Below are positions 28,629 through 38,434 of a stretch of DNA of 64,000 nucleotides, in pieces; the stretch's first letter is position 1; every line of letters begins with the position of its first letter. The DNA is from Rhodospirillales bacterium (GTDB lineage: Bacteria > Pseudomonadota > Alphaproteobacteria > BOG-932 > Roseiterribacteraceae), in NCBI GenBank assembly GCA_028291345.1, contig JAQGIF010000270.1, positions 16,577 through 80,576 on the forward strand, given 5' to 3'. The notes under the pieces were generated by a model. It did not search any database. It saw nothing but the letters and a program-made list of their open reading frames with translations, and had not been told where the DNA came from. A program made the position numbers and the translations under genes.

Positions 28629-29171
28629 TTAGCCTTTGGGTTGACTGACCAATTCGATGCGCGTGCCGTCCGGATCGGTGCAGAACAAGAAGTCCATGGC
28701 TTTCGCGCCCTGGCCCATCGAGACCTTGGTTTGGTCCAGGACTGTTCCGCCATTCTGTTTGATCAGCGCGGCCACCCGCGTGACGTCGTCGACTCGGAAG
28801 GCAAAATTCGACAGGCCCAACTGTCCAGGTACTCCGGTGCTCGCCGGGTTCTTCGAAGCGGGGGTGAGATGCACCAATTCGATCATAATACCGTCGCGGC
28901 TGATGAAGCGGATGTCGAGCTTCGAGGTGGCGGGGATGCCGAGCGTCTTGACGGCGAGTGCTATCGGCGGTTCGTGGGCATCGCCCACTGCGAAGCCGAG
29001 AGCCTGATAGAATTTGGTCGACCTATCCAGATCGGCAACCGAAATCGTGACATTCGCCAGCGCGATGCCGCCCGTCAGCGTCGGACTGGGCATCACATCG
29101 GCCTTGCCCGCGCCGGCCGTGAGACCGAACGCCAAGGCGGCGATGCCGTATCCGGCTAAAAATTTCCCCAT
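28629..29171 (-). CDS. Secreted VOC family protein, tandem paralogue of 28021-28560
   Basis: Start at MGKFLAGYGIAALAFGLTAGAGKA (signal peptide). Shares VTISVADLDRSTKFYQALGF and DPDGTRIEL with the neighbouring gene. Confidence 0.8.
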   Translation of the reverse strand: MGKFLAGYGIAALAFGLTAGAGKADVMPSPTLTGGIALANVTISVADLDRSTKFYQALGFAVGDAHEPPIALAVKTLGIPATSKLDIRFISRDGIMIELVHLTPASKNPASTGVPGQLGLSNFAFRVDDVTRVAALIKQNGGTVLDQTKVSMGQGAKAMDFLFCTDPDGTRIELVSQPKG

Positions 29172-29349
29172 CGTCACGTCCTCCGTTTTCCTTTGTTGGC
29201 GGAATTTGTACGGGAGGGCGATGTGGCTGTCGATCATAGATGATGGATGCTGTTGCACCCTTCGCGGCTTTCGCGCAAAACTCCCCGGTCTTTCGTTCCA
29301 CCCGGCTCTTCGGGCCTAAAGCCCAGTCTTACTTTATGGATAGGCAACG

Positions 29350-29682
29350 ATGCCCAGGTCCCTCACCTTCGTGCTTCCGGCCTTGCTAATGCTGAGCGCG
29401 TGCACGGATAATTCCGCCACCTTGATCAGCTCCGACAGGATCGCACAGTTTAAGTCCGGCACTTCGAACCAGACCGAAGTCATCGCAACGCTGGGCAAGC
29501 CAGTGCATACGATCAGCGAAGCCGACGGCAGCAAGATCGACCAGTATCCGACCGAGGCCGGCGCATCCGGTGGCGGCTTCGTGCCGGCATGGTTGGGTGG
29601 CGGCGCGCCCACGCGCTACGGCATGGTCAGCTTCACCTATGGCGCCGGTGGGGTGCTGAAGGATGTCAGCACGACCAAATAA
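29350..29682 (+). CDS. Small lipoprotein (possibly SmpA/OmlA-BamE-like)
   Basis: 110 aa. Lipobox LLMLSAC. The segment FKSGTSNQTEVIATLGKP resembles the BamE-fold motif, but this is tentative. Confidence 0.6.
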   Translation: MPRSLTFVLPALLMLSACTDNSATLISSDRIAQFKSGTSNQTEVIATLGKPVHTISEADGSKIDQYPTEAGASGGGFVPAWLGGGAPTRYGMVSFTYGAGGVLKDVSTTK

Positions 29683-29691
29683 CCGTCTTCT

Positions 29692-30999
29692 CTACAGGAT
29701 AAACTTCGACAAGTCGGCGTTCTTCGACAGCACTCCGACCCGCTCCCGCACCAGATCCACGTCCACGGTTACCGCGCTGCCGGGCTTGTCGGAAGCCTCG
29801 AAGCTGATGTCCTCCAGCAGCCGTTCCAGCACGGTGTGCAGGCGACGGGCACCGATATTTTCTACCGTCGCATTGATCTCGGCCGAGAGCCGGGCAAGCT
29901 CGTCGATCGCGCCGTCAGTAAAATCCAGCGTCACGGACTCGGTTGTCATCAAGGCCTTGTATTGCTTGATCAGGCTGGCCTCAGGCTCGAGCATGATGCG
30001 CTTCAGGTCGGCCTGGTCTAGTGGCTTCAGTTCGACGCGGATCGGCAGGCGGCCCTGCAATTCAGGCAGCAGATCGGAGGGCTTGGCCAAGTGGAAGGCG
30101 CCGGAGGCGATGAACAAGATATAATCGGTCTTCACCGGACCGTATTTGGTGTTGACCACTGTGCCCTCGATCAAAGGCAGTAGGTCGCGCTGAACCCCCT
30201 CGCGGCTGACGTCGCCGCCGCCGCGGAACTCGGAACGCCCGGCGATCTTGTCGATTTCGTCGAGGAAGACGATCCCGCTCTGCTCCACCAGGTCGATTGC
30301 CTCGCGGCTCACGCGCTCCTGGTCCAGCAGCTTTTCGGCCTCTTCCGCGACCAGCGTCTCGCGCGCCGCCTTGATGGTTAGGCGCAGCGTCTTGGTGCGG
30401 CCGCCGCCCATCTTGCCGAGCATCTCGCTGAGATTGATCATACCGACGCTGCCGCCGGGCATGCCGGGAATATCGAAGGTCGGCATGCCCTGGCTGTCCG
30501 CCACATCGATCTCGATCTCGCGATCTTCCAGCTCGCCGTCCTGCAATTTCTTGCGGAAGGCGGCGCGGGTGCCGTCCTGCGCGGTCTTTCCAACCAGCGC
30601 ATCGAGCAGCCGTTCCTCCGCCGCCTGCCAGGCCTTGGTGTTCACATCCTTGCGCATGCGGTCGCGCACCATGATGAGGGCGGTCTCCATCAGGTCACGG
30701 ATGATTGAATCCACGTCGCGGCCGACATAGCCAACCTCGGTGAACTTCGTTGCCTCGATCTTGATGAACGGCGCGTCCGCCAGCTTGGCGAGACGGCGGG
30801 CGATCTCGGTCTTGCCGACGCCGGTCGGCCCGATCATCAGGATATTCTTGGGCAGAACCTCGTCGCGCATGGCCTGGCCAAGCTGCTGCCGGCGCCAGCG
30901 GTTGCGCAACGCGATGGCGACGGCGCGCTTGGCGTCATGTTGGCCGACAATGAAACGATCGAGTTCGGAGACAATTTCGCGGGGACTGAGAGTGCTCAT
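29692..30999 (-). CDS. hslU: ATP-dependent protease ATPase subunit HslU
   Basis: Start [20 protein letters not shown], Walker [16 protein letters not shown], Walker [13 protein letters not shown] overlap with the hslV stop. Confidence 0.97.
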   Translation of the reverse strand: MSTLSPREIVSELDRFIVGQHDAKRAVAIALRNRWRRQQLGQAMRDEVLPKNILMIGPTGVGKTEIARRLAKLADAPFIKIEATKFTEVGYVGRDVDSIIRDLMETALIMVRDRMRKDVNTKAWQAAEERLLDALVGKTAQDGTRAAFRKKLQDGELEDREIEIDVADSQGMPTFDIPGMPGGSVGMINLSEMLGKMGGGRTKTLRLTIKAARETLVAEEAEKLLDQERVSREAIDLVEQSGIVFLDEIDKIAGRSEFRGGGDVSREGVQRDLLPLIEGTVVNTKYGPVKTDYILFIASGAFHLAKPSDLLPELQGRLPIRVELKPLDQADLKRIMLEPEASLIKQYKALMTTESVTLDFTDGAIDELARLSAEINATVENIGARRLHTVLERLLEDISFEASDKPGSAVTVDVDLVRERVGVLSKNADLSKFIL

Positions 31000-31577
31000 A
31001 CGGTGGTGCTCGATAGGCTTTCGCCAATGCTTTCGATAGTGAGATTGGTGTTGGTGTAGACGCAAATATCGGCGGCGATCGCCATGGCGCGGCGTGCAAT
31101 ATCCTCCGCCTCCAGCCCGTCGATCTCGATCAGCGCGCGGGCTGCGGCCAGAGCGTAGACCCCGCCGGAACCGATGCCGATGATGCCGCGCTCGGGCTCC
31201 AGCACGTCACCGGTGCCGGTCAGCACCAGCGAGACCTCGGAATCCGCGACGGCCATCATCGCCTCGAGCCGGCGCAGATAGCGGTCGGTCCGCCAATCCT
31301 TCGCCAGTTCGACGCAGGCGCGGGTGAGCTGCCCCTGATGTTTTTCCAGCTTGCCCTCGAGCCGCTCGAACAAAGTGAAGGCATCGGCGGTAGCCCCGGC
31401 AAAGCCGGCGATCACGTTTCCGCCCTCACCCAGCCGGCGCACCTTACGGGCGTTCGCCTTCATCACGGTCTGGCCCATCGTCACCTGCCCGTCACCGGCA
31501 ATGACGACGCGGCCGTTCGTACGCACGGAGAGTATTGTGGTGCCGTGCCACGCACTTTCGATATGTTCTGATTTCAT
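30996..31577 (-). CDS. hslV: ATP-dependent protease subunit HslV
   Basis: [11 protein letters not shown]-terminal threonine motif and GDGQV. The start is uncertain; in-frame alternatives are 31577 (ATG, chosen), 31589 (ATG) and 31601 (GTG). Confidence 0.93.
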   Translation of the reverse strand: MKSEHIESAWHGTTILSVRTNGRVVIAGDGQVTMGQTVMKANARKVRRLGEGGNVIAGFAGATADAFTLFERLEGKLEKHQGQLTRACVELAKDWRTDRYLRRLEAMMAVADSEVSLVLTGTGDVLEPERGIIGIGSGGVYALAAARALIEIDGLEAEDIARRAMAIAADICVYTNTNLTIESIGESLSSTTV

Positions 31578-31831
31578 AATCGCGATCATGTGGGATTTCA
31601 CGAGCGAGGATCAAGATAGCGCCGGGGACACAACTCGCGTAAGCCCCTCAGTGCTGGAATCCCCTCGCCCGTACTGCTGCCGCCGCCGGCTAGGCGATAA
31701 AGCGATCTCCAGGGCATGCAGACGCCAGGGTGGCCGTTGCATCTGAGGCCGCGACACACGCAAATCGCAAAAACGGGAGCGAAAAAACCGAAGTTAGCCC
31801 CAGATGTCGATACCCGCGATTCTTTCCCGCG

Positions 31832-32536
31832 TCAGCCCACCGAGATCGGGGGCGCCGTATAGTGCGCCAGATCGTGAAGCCCTAGGCTTCGCTCAATTTG
31901 CGCGACCTGTTCAACGGCCATGTCGAACCCATCACCCTTGAATTGATCGCGTTCGATCCTTTCGAACTGTTCGCCTGCCTCGTCGCGCTGCTTTTCGGAA
32001 AGGCTTTTCGTCCAGGCCTGAAAAACGATCGTGTCCTCGAAGGCCGTGTGGGCCTCATACATGCGCGTGAAGCTTTCGAGCGCCTGGGCGATTCGGGGGG
32101 CGTCCGCTTCGGCTATTTTGCCCCCGGCGCATTTGGATTGAAGGAACGCTGTCATCTCACGGCCGCGATTATGCTGATCAAGCAGCGGGCGGACCAGATC
32201 GGCGGCCTCTCCACCGAGCTTCTGTACGGCAGGGAAGACGTGCTGCTCCTCAAGCTTGCGCTCGTGATAATCCTCGCCAAACGTGCGAAACAGTTTCGCC
32301 GCGCGGCCGAGCGCCGCGGCGTCGAAATCCGCGGGGTTGCCGCGCAGCATCGACGCGGATTCCCGGTAGACAACGATTATGCGCCTGAGCACCCCATGTT
32401 CTCGCATCATGTCTTCGGTGGCCGAGACACCCTCATCACCCTTGTCGTTCGAGCAGCCCGGCAGAATGAGCGCCGCACCGGCGGCGACGCCGATCACGCT
32501 CACAAAGGCAGAACGGCGAGATAGAGCGTGATTCAT
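31832..32536 (-). CDS. Hemerythrin-like (HHE cation-binding) domain protein with a Tat-type lipoprotein signal
   Basis: Start MNHALSRRSAFVSVIGVAAGAALILPGC (SRRxF twin-arginine-like motif plus lipobox), preceded by GGAGAAG. Contains His/Glu-rich helices (MMREHG, DYHERKLEEQHVF, YEAHTAFED). Confidence 0.7.
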   Translation of the reverse strand: MNHALSRRSAFVSVIGVAAGAALILPGCSNDKGDEGVSATEDMMREHGVLRRIIVVYRESASMLRGNPADFDAAALGRAAKLFRTFGEDYHERKLEEQHVFPAVQKLGGEAADLVRPLLDQHNRGREMTAFLQSKCAGGKIAEADAPRIAQALESFTRMYEAHTAFEDTIVFQAWTKSLSEKQRDEAGEQFERIERDQFKGDGFDMAVEQVAQIERSLGLHDLAHYTAPPISVG

Positions 32537-32823
32537 AACCCTTCTCCGTATTCGAAGAAATTCGCTGTGCGCGGCATGGGTATCTCTCCCAATGCCCCGG
32601 CGGCTGCGATATGTTGCCGAGTACTTTGGGTAAATGCCCCATCTGGCTTGGGGTTCCAGCGATTCCGCGCCATGGGGCCGGAGATCGCCTCGACGATCTG
32701 ATCCGCCCGCGTCGACCGTACGCACCGGAACAGCCATTCCGCCCCGTGTCATTCCAATGCCATAAATCTATGATGCCTGCCCAGCATGCCCGTAGCTGGG
32801 CAGTTCGATGTTGGAGTGAGTTG

Positions 32824-33432
32824 ATGCGTTTTATCCTGGCCCTGATGGGTTTTCTGGTTCTGGCGGTTCCCGTGTTTGCGCAAACACTGGCCATGCCGGA
32901 CGAAGACCCCGACAATGTCCTGGTGGTGCAGCTGAAAGACGGCCCGGTCATAATTCGGATGCGGCCGGATCTGGCGCCAAACCATGTGAAGCGGATAAAG
33001 GAGCTGGTACGCCAGGGCTTTTACGACGGGGTGCCGTTCCATCGGGTGGTACCGGGCAGCATCGCGCAGACCGGCGATCCGACCGGCACCGGCGCCGGCG
33101 GTTCGGGCCAGCATATCAAGGCGGAGTTCAGCAACGAGGCACATATGCGCGGCACCGTGTCGATGGCCCGGGCCGACAATGCGGATTCGGCGGATTCCCA
33201 GTGGTTCATCTGCCTGAAGCCGTCACCGGATTTCAATCGGCGCTACACCATCTGGGGCAAAGTTATTCGCGGGATGGAGTTCGTCAATCACATCGAAACC
33301 GGCGACCCGGAAAGCGGGCATGTGACCAACCCCGATCACATCATTTCGGTGCGGGTGGAAGGCGATCCGCCGAAGCCGGTGGCGGAAGCGCCGGTGAAGG
33401 CCGAGCCGAAGAAGGCCAAAGCAGCCCATTGA
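32824..33432 (+). CDS. Periplasmic peptidyl-prolyl cis-trans isomerase (cyclophilin type)
   Basis: Signal peptide MRFILALMGFLVLAVPVFAQ. Cyclophilin motifs FHRVVPGSIAQTGDPTGTGAGGSG and SQWFI. Confidence 0.92.
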   Translation: MRFILALMGFLVLAVPVFAQTLAMPDEDPDNVLVVQLKDGPVIIRMRPDLAPNHVKRIKELVRQGFYDGVPFHRVVPGSIAQTGDPTGTGAGGSGQHIKAEFSNEAHMRGTVSMARADNADSADSQWFICLKPSPDFNRRYTIWGKVIRGMEFVNHIETGDPESGHVTNPDHIISVRVEGDPPKPVAEAPVKAEPKKAKAAH

Positions 33433-33533
33433 GGCGTTTCGTGAGCAAGCGCCCCCAAAACTGTGGGATATCTGCAACAAACCGACCACTGGCCGCTTGG
33501 GTTTTGCCGCTGCTGTCTGCTAGATAACCGGCC

Positions 33534-34142
33534 ATGGCTGAGAACATCACAAGTGGGCGGCGTGCCGACGTCACGCGCAACACGACCGAAACACGCATTT
33601 CGGTGTCGGTCGATCTGGATGGGACCGGGAAATATTCGGTTTCGACGGGGATCGGCTTCCTAGATCATATGCTGGAGCAACTGTCGCGCCACAGCCTGAT
33701 CGACTTGACGGTCAAGGCCGAGGGTGACCTGCATATCGATTGTCATCACACGACCGAGGATACCGGCATTGCGATCGGCGAGGCGGTAGCCAAGGCGCTG
33801 GGCGACCGGCGGGGCATTCACCGTTATGGTCATATCTATATCCCAATGGACGAGACGCTGACGCGGGTTGCGCTGGATCTGTCGAACCGGCCCTATCTGA
33901 TCTGGAAGGTCGATTTCACCCGTGACAAGCTGGGCACGATGGACACGGAACTGTTCAAGGAATGGTTCCAGGCCTTCGCACAGGCGGCGGGATGCACGCT
34001 GCATGTCGAGACTTTGTACGGCATCAACAACCACCATATTGTCGAGACCTGTTTCAAGGGGCTGGCCCGCGCGCTGAAGATCGCCGTCGCACGCGACCGG
34101 CGCCAGTCGGACGCCGTGCCTTCCACGAAGGGTGTGCTGTAA
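33534..34142 (+). CDS. hisB: Imidazoleglycerol-phosphate dehydratase
   Basis: 202 aa. Motifs [23 protein letters not shown] and NHHIVE. Confidence 0.96.
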   Translation: MAENITSGRRADVTRNTTETRISVSVDLDGTGKYSVSTGIGFLDHMLEQLSRHSLIDLTVKAEGDLHIDCHHTTEDTGIAIGEAVAKALGDRRGIHRYGHIYIPMDETLTRVALDLSNRPYLIWKVDFTRDKLGTMDTELFKEWFQAFAQAAGCTLHVETLYGINNHHIVETCFKGLARALKIAVARDRRQSDAVPSTKGVL

Positions 34143-34170
34143 GGCGCACGTCAGGGAAGAAGTCCGCTTC

Positions 34171-34818
34171 ATGGAAACTGTCGCCATCGTCGATTGCGGG
34201 TCGGGCAACCTGAAATCCGCCGCCAAGGCCTTTGAACGCGCCGCCGCGGAAGCCGTACGCGGCTTTACCGTGACCGTTACCGCCGATCCTGAAATTGTAC
34301 GGCGCGCCGACCGGGTGGCGCTGCCCGGACAGGGCGCCTTCGCCGCGGTTCTGGCCGGAGTCGCCGCCGTGCCGGGCATGCGCGAAGCGCTGGAGGAAGT
34401 TGCGATCGAGAGGGCGCGGCCCTTCTTCGGCATTTGCGTCGGCATGCAGCTGATGGCGACGCGCGGGCTGGAACATGGCGAGCATATCGGATTCGGCTGG
34501 ATTCCGGGCGAGGTCATACCGCTGACGCCAAGCGATGCCGCCCTGAAAGTGCCGCATATGGGCTGGAACGATCTGGAGATCGACCGGCCCGACCATCCGG
34601 TGATGCGCGGTGTCAAAAGCGGCGATCATGCCTATTTCGTCCATTCCTATCGCTTCATCTGCGCGAATGCGGCCGACGCCGTGGCACATGCCGATTACGG
34701 CGGCCCGGTGGTCGCGGTGATCGGCCGCGACAATCTGATCGGGACGCAGTTCCATCCAGAGAAGAGCCAAGCTGTCGGGCTGGCGCTGATCTCGGCCTTC
34801 CTGGATTGGCGGCCGTGA
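34171..34818 (+). CDS. hisH: Imidazole glycerol phosphate synthase, glutamine amidotransferase subunit
   Basis: Start [14 protein letters not shown], catalytic GICVGMQL, and FHPEKS near the C-terminus. Confidence 0.95.
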   Translation: METVAIVDCGSGNLKSAAKAFERAAAEAVRGFTVTVTADPEIVRRADRVALPGQGAFAAVLAGVAAVPGMREALEEVAIERARPFFGICVGMQLMATRGLEHGEHIGFGWIPGEVIPLTPSDAALKVPHMGWNDLEIDRPDHPVMRGVKSGDHAYFVHSYRFICANAADAVAHADYGGPVVAVIGRDNLIGTQFHPEKSQAVGLALISAFLDWRP

Positions 34819-34820
34819 CG

Positions 34821-35366
34821 ATGACGACGGTCGATCTGCCGCCGCCCCGCCTGAGCGTCGATATCGCCCAGCGGCTGAAGGGCGGGGACCTGAACGATCT
34901 ATGCGAGGCCGCCGAATTGGCGATCAGGGCCGAGGGCGGATTCGGCTGGCTGAAGCCGCCGGTGCGCGAGGTGATGGAACGTTATTGGCGCGGCGTTCTG
35001 ACTGTACCGGAACGGATCCTGTTCCTGGGCCGGGTCGACGGCGTTATCGCAGGCTCCCTGCAGCTGGTGCGGCCGCCGCGCAATAACGAGGCGCAGGCGA
35101 TGGCAGTGCAGGTCAATACCGCTTTCATGGCGCCCTGGGGGCGCGGCAACGGGCTGGCGCGGATGTTGCTCGAGGCGGCGGAGGTGCGCGCGCTGGAGGA
35201 CGGGTTCGCGGTCATCAATATGGACGTCCGCGAGACGCAGACCGTCGCCATCGCCCTATGCGAGACATTAGGTTACACGCTTTGGGGCACCCATCCGTGT
35301 TATGCGCGGGTCGATGGGCAGTTCGTGCCGGGCCGTTTCTATTTCAAAGATCTGACGAGCACATGA
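34821..35366 (+). CDS. GNAT family N-acetyltransferase
   Basis: 181 aa. The acetyl-CoA-binding region (VNTAFMAPWGRGNGLARMLLEAAE) fits the GNAT Q/RxxGxG/A motif. Starts 3 nt after the hisH stop and overlaps the hisA start (ATGA). Confidence 0.75.
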   Translation: MTTVDLPPPRLSVDIAQRLKGGDLNDLCEAAELAIRAEGGFGWLKPPVREVMERYWRGVLTVPERILFLGRVDGVIAGSLQLVRPPRNNEAQAMAVQVNTAFMAPWGRGNGLARMLLEAAEVRALEDGFAVINMDVRETQTVAIALCETLGYTLWGTHPCYARVDGQFVPGRFYFKDLTST

Positions 35367-36091
35367 TTTTATACCCTGCGATCGATTTGAAGGACGGTGC
35401 CTGCGTGCGCCTGCTGCGTGGCGATATGACGGCGGTCACCGTCTATAACGAGGACCCGGCGGAGCAGGCGGCACGGTTCGCCGAATCCGGCTTCACCTGG
35501 CTGCATCTGGTCGACCTCAACGGAGCAGTCGAGGGTAAGCCGGTCAACGCCAAAGCGGTCGAGGCAATCATCGCCACCACGAAATTGCCGATCCAGCTGG
35601 GCGGCGGCATTCGCAATATAGGCACGATCGAGGATTGGCTGTCGCGGGGCGTGCAGCGTGTCGTGCTGGGCACGGCGGCGGTGCGCAACCCGTCGCTGGT
35701 GAAAGAGGCCTGCGCCAAGTTCCCGGGAAGGGTCGCGGTCTCGATCGACAGCCGCGAGGGGCTGGTCGCGGTCGAGGGCTGGCGCGAGACGTCGACGATG
35801 CGCACTTTGGATCTGGCGCTGGACATGGAGCAGGCAGGCGTCGCCTCCATCGTGTTCACCGACATCAATCGCGACGGAGCGATGGGCGGGATCAACCTGG
35901 AGGCAACGGTCGATCTGGCCTTTGCATTGACGACGCCGGTCATCGCCTCCGGCGGGGTGTCGAGCATTGAAGACATCGTCGCAGTGAAAAACGAGGAGAA
36001 ATCGGGCATCGCGGGTGTAATCTGCGGGCGGGCCTTGTATGACGGGCGGGTCGATCCGGCTGCGGCGCTCGCCATCGTGAACGCCGTCTAG
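35363..36091 (+). CDS. hisA: ProFAR isomerase (1-(5-phosphoribosyl)-5-[(5-phosphoribosylamino)methylideneamino]imidazole-4-carboxamide isomerase)
   Basis: Start [17 protein letters not shown], then [14 protein letters not shown] and ASGGVSS. Confidence 0.95.
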   Translation: MILYPAIDLKDGACVRLLRGDMTAVTVYNEDPAEQAARFAESGFTWLHLVDLNGAVEGKPVNAKAVEAIIATTKLPIQLGGGIRNIGTIEDWLSRGVQRVVLGTAAVRNPSLVKEACAKFPGRVAVSIDSREGLVAVEGWRETSTMRTLDLALDMEQAGVASIVFTDINRDGAMGGINLEATVDLAFALTTPVIASGGVSSIEDIVAVKNEEKSGIAGVICGRALYDGRVDPAAALAIVNAV

Positions 36092-36104
36092 GTCGAGCGA
36101 ACGT

Positions 36105-36899
36105 ATGCTGAAGGTCCGCCTCATCCCCTGCCTTGACGTCAAAGACGGACGTGTCGTCAAGGGCGTGAATTTCACGCACCTGGTCGATGCCGGCGATCCG
36201 GTCGAGCAGGCACGGGTCTATGACCTGGCTGGGGCCGACGAGTTGACCTTTCTGGACATCACTGCCTCATCCGATAATCGCGCCACCTTGTACGACGCGG
36301 TCAGGCGTACGGCGGAGCAAGTCTTCATGCCGCTGACGGTCGGAGGAGGCGTACGTACTGTCGAGGACATACGTACGCTGCTGCTGGCGGGCGCTGACAA
36401 GGCGTCAATCAATACGGCGGCTGTAGCGCGGCCGGAATTCGTCGCCGAGGCGGCGGAGCGGTTCGGCAGCCAGTGTATCGTCGTCGCCATCGACGCCAAA
36501 TCGGTGGCGCCGGGGCGGTGGGAAGTGTTCACGCATGGGGGACGCACGGGGACCGGCTATGACGCGATCGATTGGGCCGCGCGCATGGCCCATGCCGGCG
36601 CGGGCGAGATATTGTTGACCTCCATGGACCGCGACGGGACTAAAGCAGGGTTCGACCTGGCGCTGACCCGCAAGGTAGCCGATGCGGTGCCGGTCCCTGT
36701 GATCGCCTCGGGCGGGGTCGGCACGCTGGACCATCTGGCAGAGGGCGTGACCGAGGGCCATGCGAGCGCGGTTCTGGCCGCGTCTATCTTCCATTTCGGC
36801 ATCTTTACCATCGCCGAGGCCAAGGCGCGGATGGCGGCCGCCGGCATCCCGGTGCGAGATGCGTTGCGTGAAGCACGGTCGGGCGAAGAGGCGGCATGA
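36105..36899 (+). CDS. hisF: Imidazole glycerol phosphate synthase, cyclase subunit
   Basis: 264 aa. Motifs [24 protein letters not shown] and ASGGVG. Confidence 0.96.
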   Translation: MLKVRLIPCLDVKDGRVVKGVNFTHLVDAGDPVEQARVYDLAGADELTFLDITASSDNRATLYDAVRRTAEQVFMPLTVGGGVRTVEDIRTLLLAGADKASINTAAVARPEFVAEAAERFGSQCIVVAIDAKSVAPGRWEVFTHGGRTGTGYDAIDWAARMAHAGAGEILLTSMDRDGTKAGFDLALTRKVADAVPVPVIASGGVGTLDHLAEGVTEGHASAVLAASIFHFGIFTIAEAKARMAAAGIPVRDALREARSGEEAA

Positions 36900-37231
36900 T
36901 GGCGGATTCCCAGACGCTCGACCGGCTCTATCAGGCTATCTTGAACCGCCGCGGCGCTGACCCGGAGACATCCTATACCGCCAAGCTGTTTCATCGCGGC
37001 CGGGCCAAGATCGCGCAGAAGCTGGGCGAGGAAGCGATCGAGACGGTGATCGAGGCGATGGGTGGTGACAAGGCCAAGCTGGCAGGGGAATCGGCCGACC
37101 TGCTCTATCACCTGCTGGTGCTGTGGGCCGATGCCGGGGTGAAGCCGGAGGATGTCTATGATGTGCTGGCTGCCCGCGAGGGAACCAGCGGGATCGCCGA
37201 AAAGGCGTCGCGTAAAAGGGGGAAGGTGTGA
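36896..37231 (+). CDS. hisE: Phosphoribosyl-ATP pyrophosphatase
   Basis: 111 aa. Motifs [18 protein letters not shown] and [17 protein letters not shown] overlap with hisF. Confidence 0.93.
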   Translation: MMADSQTLDRLYQAILNRRGADPETSYTAKLFHRGRAKIAQKLGEEAIETVIEAMGGDKAKLAGESADLLYHLLVLWADAGVKPEDVYDVLAAREGTSGIAEKASRKRGKV

Positions 37232-37596
37232 TGGCGTATGACGACAATAACATTTTCGCCCGCATACTGCGCGGCGAGATCCCAGCGACGAAGGTTTATG
37301 AGGACGAGCATGTCCTGGCGATCAACGACATCAATCCGCAGGCGCCCACCCATATTCTGGTGATGCCTAAGGGCAAATATGTTTCGATTGACGATTTTTC
37401 GACCAACGCCACCGACGCGGAGATCGCCGCCCTGATTCGGGCGACGGGCAAGATCGCACGTAATGTTGGCGTCGCGGATAAAGGATACCGCCTCTTATTC
37501 AACCACGGGCCGCACAGCCACCAGGAAGTACCGCACCTGCATGTCCACATATTGGGCGGCCGGCCGCTGGGCCCGCTGGTGCTGCGCAAAGAGTGA
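37228..37596 (+). CDS. HIT family (histidine triad) nucleotide hydrolase
   Basis: 122 aa. Motifs IFARILRGEIPA and the histidine triad HLHVHILGG. Confidence 0.92.
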   Translation: MMAYDDNNIFARILRGEIPATKVYEDEHVLAINDINPQAPTHILVMPKGKYVSIDDFSTNATDAEIAALIRATGKIARNVGVADKGYRLLFNHGPHSHQEVPHLHVHILGGRPLGPLVLRKE

Positions 37597-37760
37597 CGCG
37601 ACGCCCGGAGCATGTTTTCACATGATGTGTCGCACGCATCTCAGACCCGCTGTCAAAGCATAACCCTATCTTTACCATACGATTGACATAATCGACTCCC
37701 AACTATTGTGTATTCGGCAATGTGTGTGACGGCCGGGACGTCGGCCAAGGAGTGTAGAGA

Positions 37761-37967
37761 GTGTCAGCTTCAAGCACGAAGCCCGGTCCGGGTAGCAACC
37801 CGGCCTGGCTCGATCAAGTTCTTGGATGCCTGTCCCCACCTTTTTCCTTCCGCAACGGCGGATCGGCGATCACCGGCAATGCCGCGGATCGTAAAACGAC
37901 GCAGCAAGGCGCCACGATCCCGCCGACGGATGGAACTGCCCAACCGAAAGGCCGGCAGCGGGGATAA
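37761..37967 (+). CDS. Candidate small protein (68 aa) or sRNA; orphan transcription unit
   Basis: The GTG is preceded by AAGGAG (8-nt spacer). The stop lies 6 nt before a strong intrinsic terminator. The product is Gly/Pro/Thr-rich with no recognisable motif, and third-position G+C is only 43/68 by hand count. Coding status is uncertain. Confidence 0.3.
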   Translation: MSASSTKPGPGSNPAWLDQVLGCLSPPFSFRNGGSAITGNAADRKTTQQGATIPPTDGTAQPKGRQRG

Positions 37968-37973
37968 CGAAAT

Positions 37974-38002
37974 GGGGCGGCCCGAAAGGTCCGCCCCTTT
38001 TT
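37974..38002 (+). terminator. Rho-independent terminator
   Basis: GGGGCGGCC-cgaaa-GGtCCGCCCC hairpin followed by TTTTT (37998-38002). It may also serve the convergent minus-strand operon ending at 38021. Confidence 0.8.
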
Positions 38003-38020
38003 CGTACCCAAGCCGCTTTA

Positions 38021-38434
38021 TTATAGCTGCTCGATGGGATGCCAGACGACGAGCGGCGGATCGCCGTCCGCGGGTGCGAAGTCGGCGCGGACGCGCATGC
38101 CGATGGTGGGTTCGAGGCCGGGATCGGCGAGGCGGCCGATCATCTGGATGTCGTCCTGCTCGTCGAGCTGAACCTGAATTACCGCATAGGGAATTTCGTC
38201 CTGGAAGGCGCGCATGAAGGCTTGGTGCGTTCGGACCCAGCTGGTTACCGTGCCTCGGGCGCTAACGGCGAGCCAGTCTGTATCGAAGCTGTGGCAGTGA
38301 TTGCAGATCGCGCGGGCCGGCCAGCGATAGCTTCCACATCCGTTGCAGCGCTGCAGGCGCAGTTCGCCGGCGCGTACCCCCTCCCAAAATGGCGCGGAAT
38401 CGCGGTCAGGCACCGGCAACGGCTTTTCCTTCAT
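38021..38434 (-). CDS. Zn-ribbon / OB-fold protein (DUF35 family)
   Basis: 137 aa from MKEKPLPVP. Cys4 ribbon CNGCGSYRWPARAICNHC followed by an OB-fold segment. ATGA overlap with the upstream thiolase-like gene. Confidence 0.85.
   Translation of the reverse strand: MKEKPLPVPDRDSAPFWEGVRAGELRLQRCNGCGSYRWPARAICNHCHSFDTDWLAVSARGTVTSWVRTHQAFMRAFQDEIPYAVIQVQLDEQDDIQMIGRLADPGLEPTIGMRVRADFAPADGDPPLVVWHPIEQL

Noticed and set aside
33660-34616. 318-aa minus-strand ORF antisense to hisB/hisH
   Set aside because: It is a shadow frame of two strongly supported his genes. It has no recognisable domain and a biased Ala/Arg/Ser/Thr composition.
37700-38003. Possibility that the orphan unit is tmRNA (two-piece), RNase P RNA, SRP RNA or 6S RNA
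   Set aside because: There is no T-loop-like GGTTCGA(N)TCC and no CCA-terminated acceptor stem. No reading frame encodes an ANDN...-type tag. The RNase P CR-I (GAGGAAAGTCC) and the SRP GGAAGCAGCC-type motif are both absent. An Infernal/Rfam scan would be needed to exclude other families.
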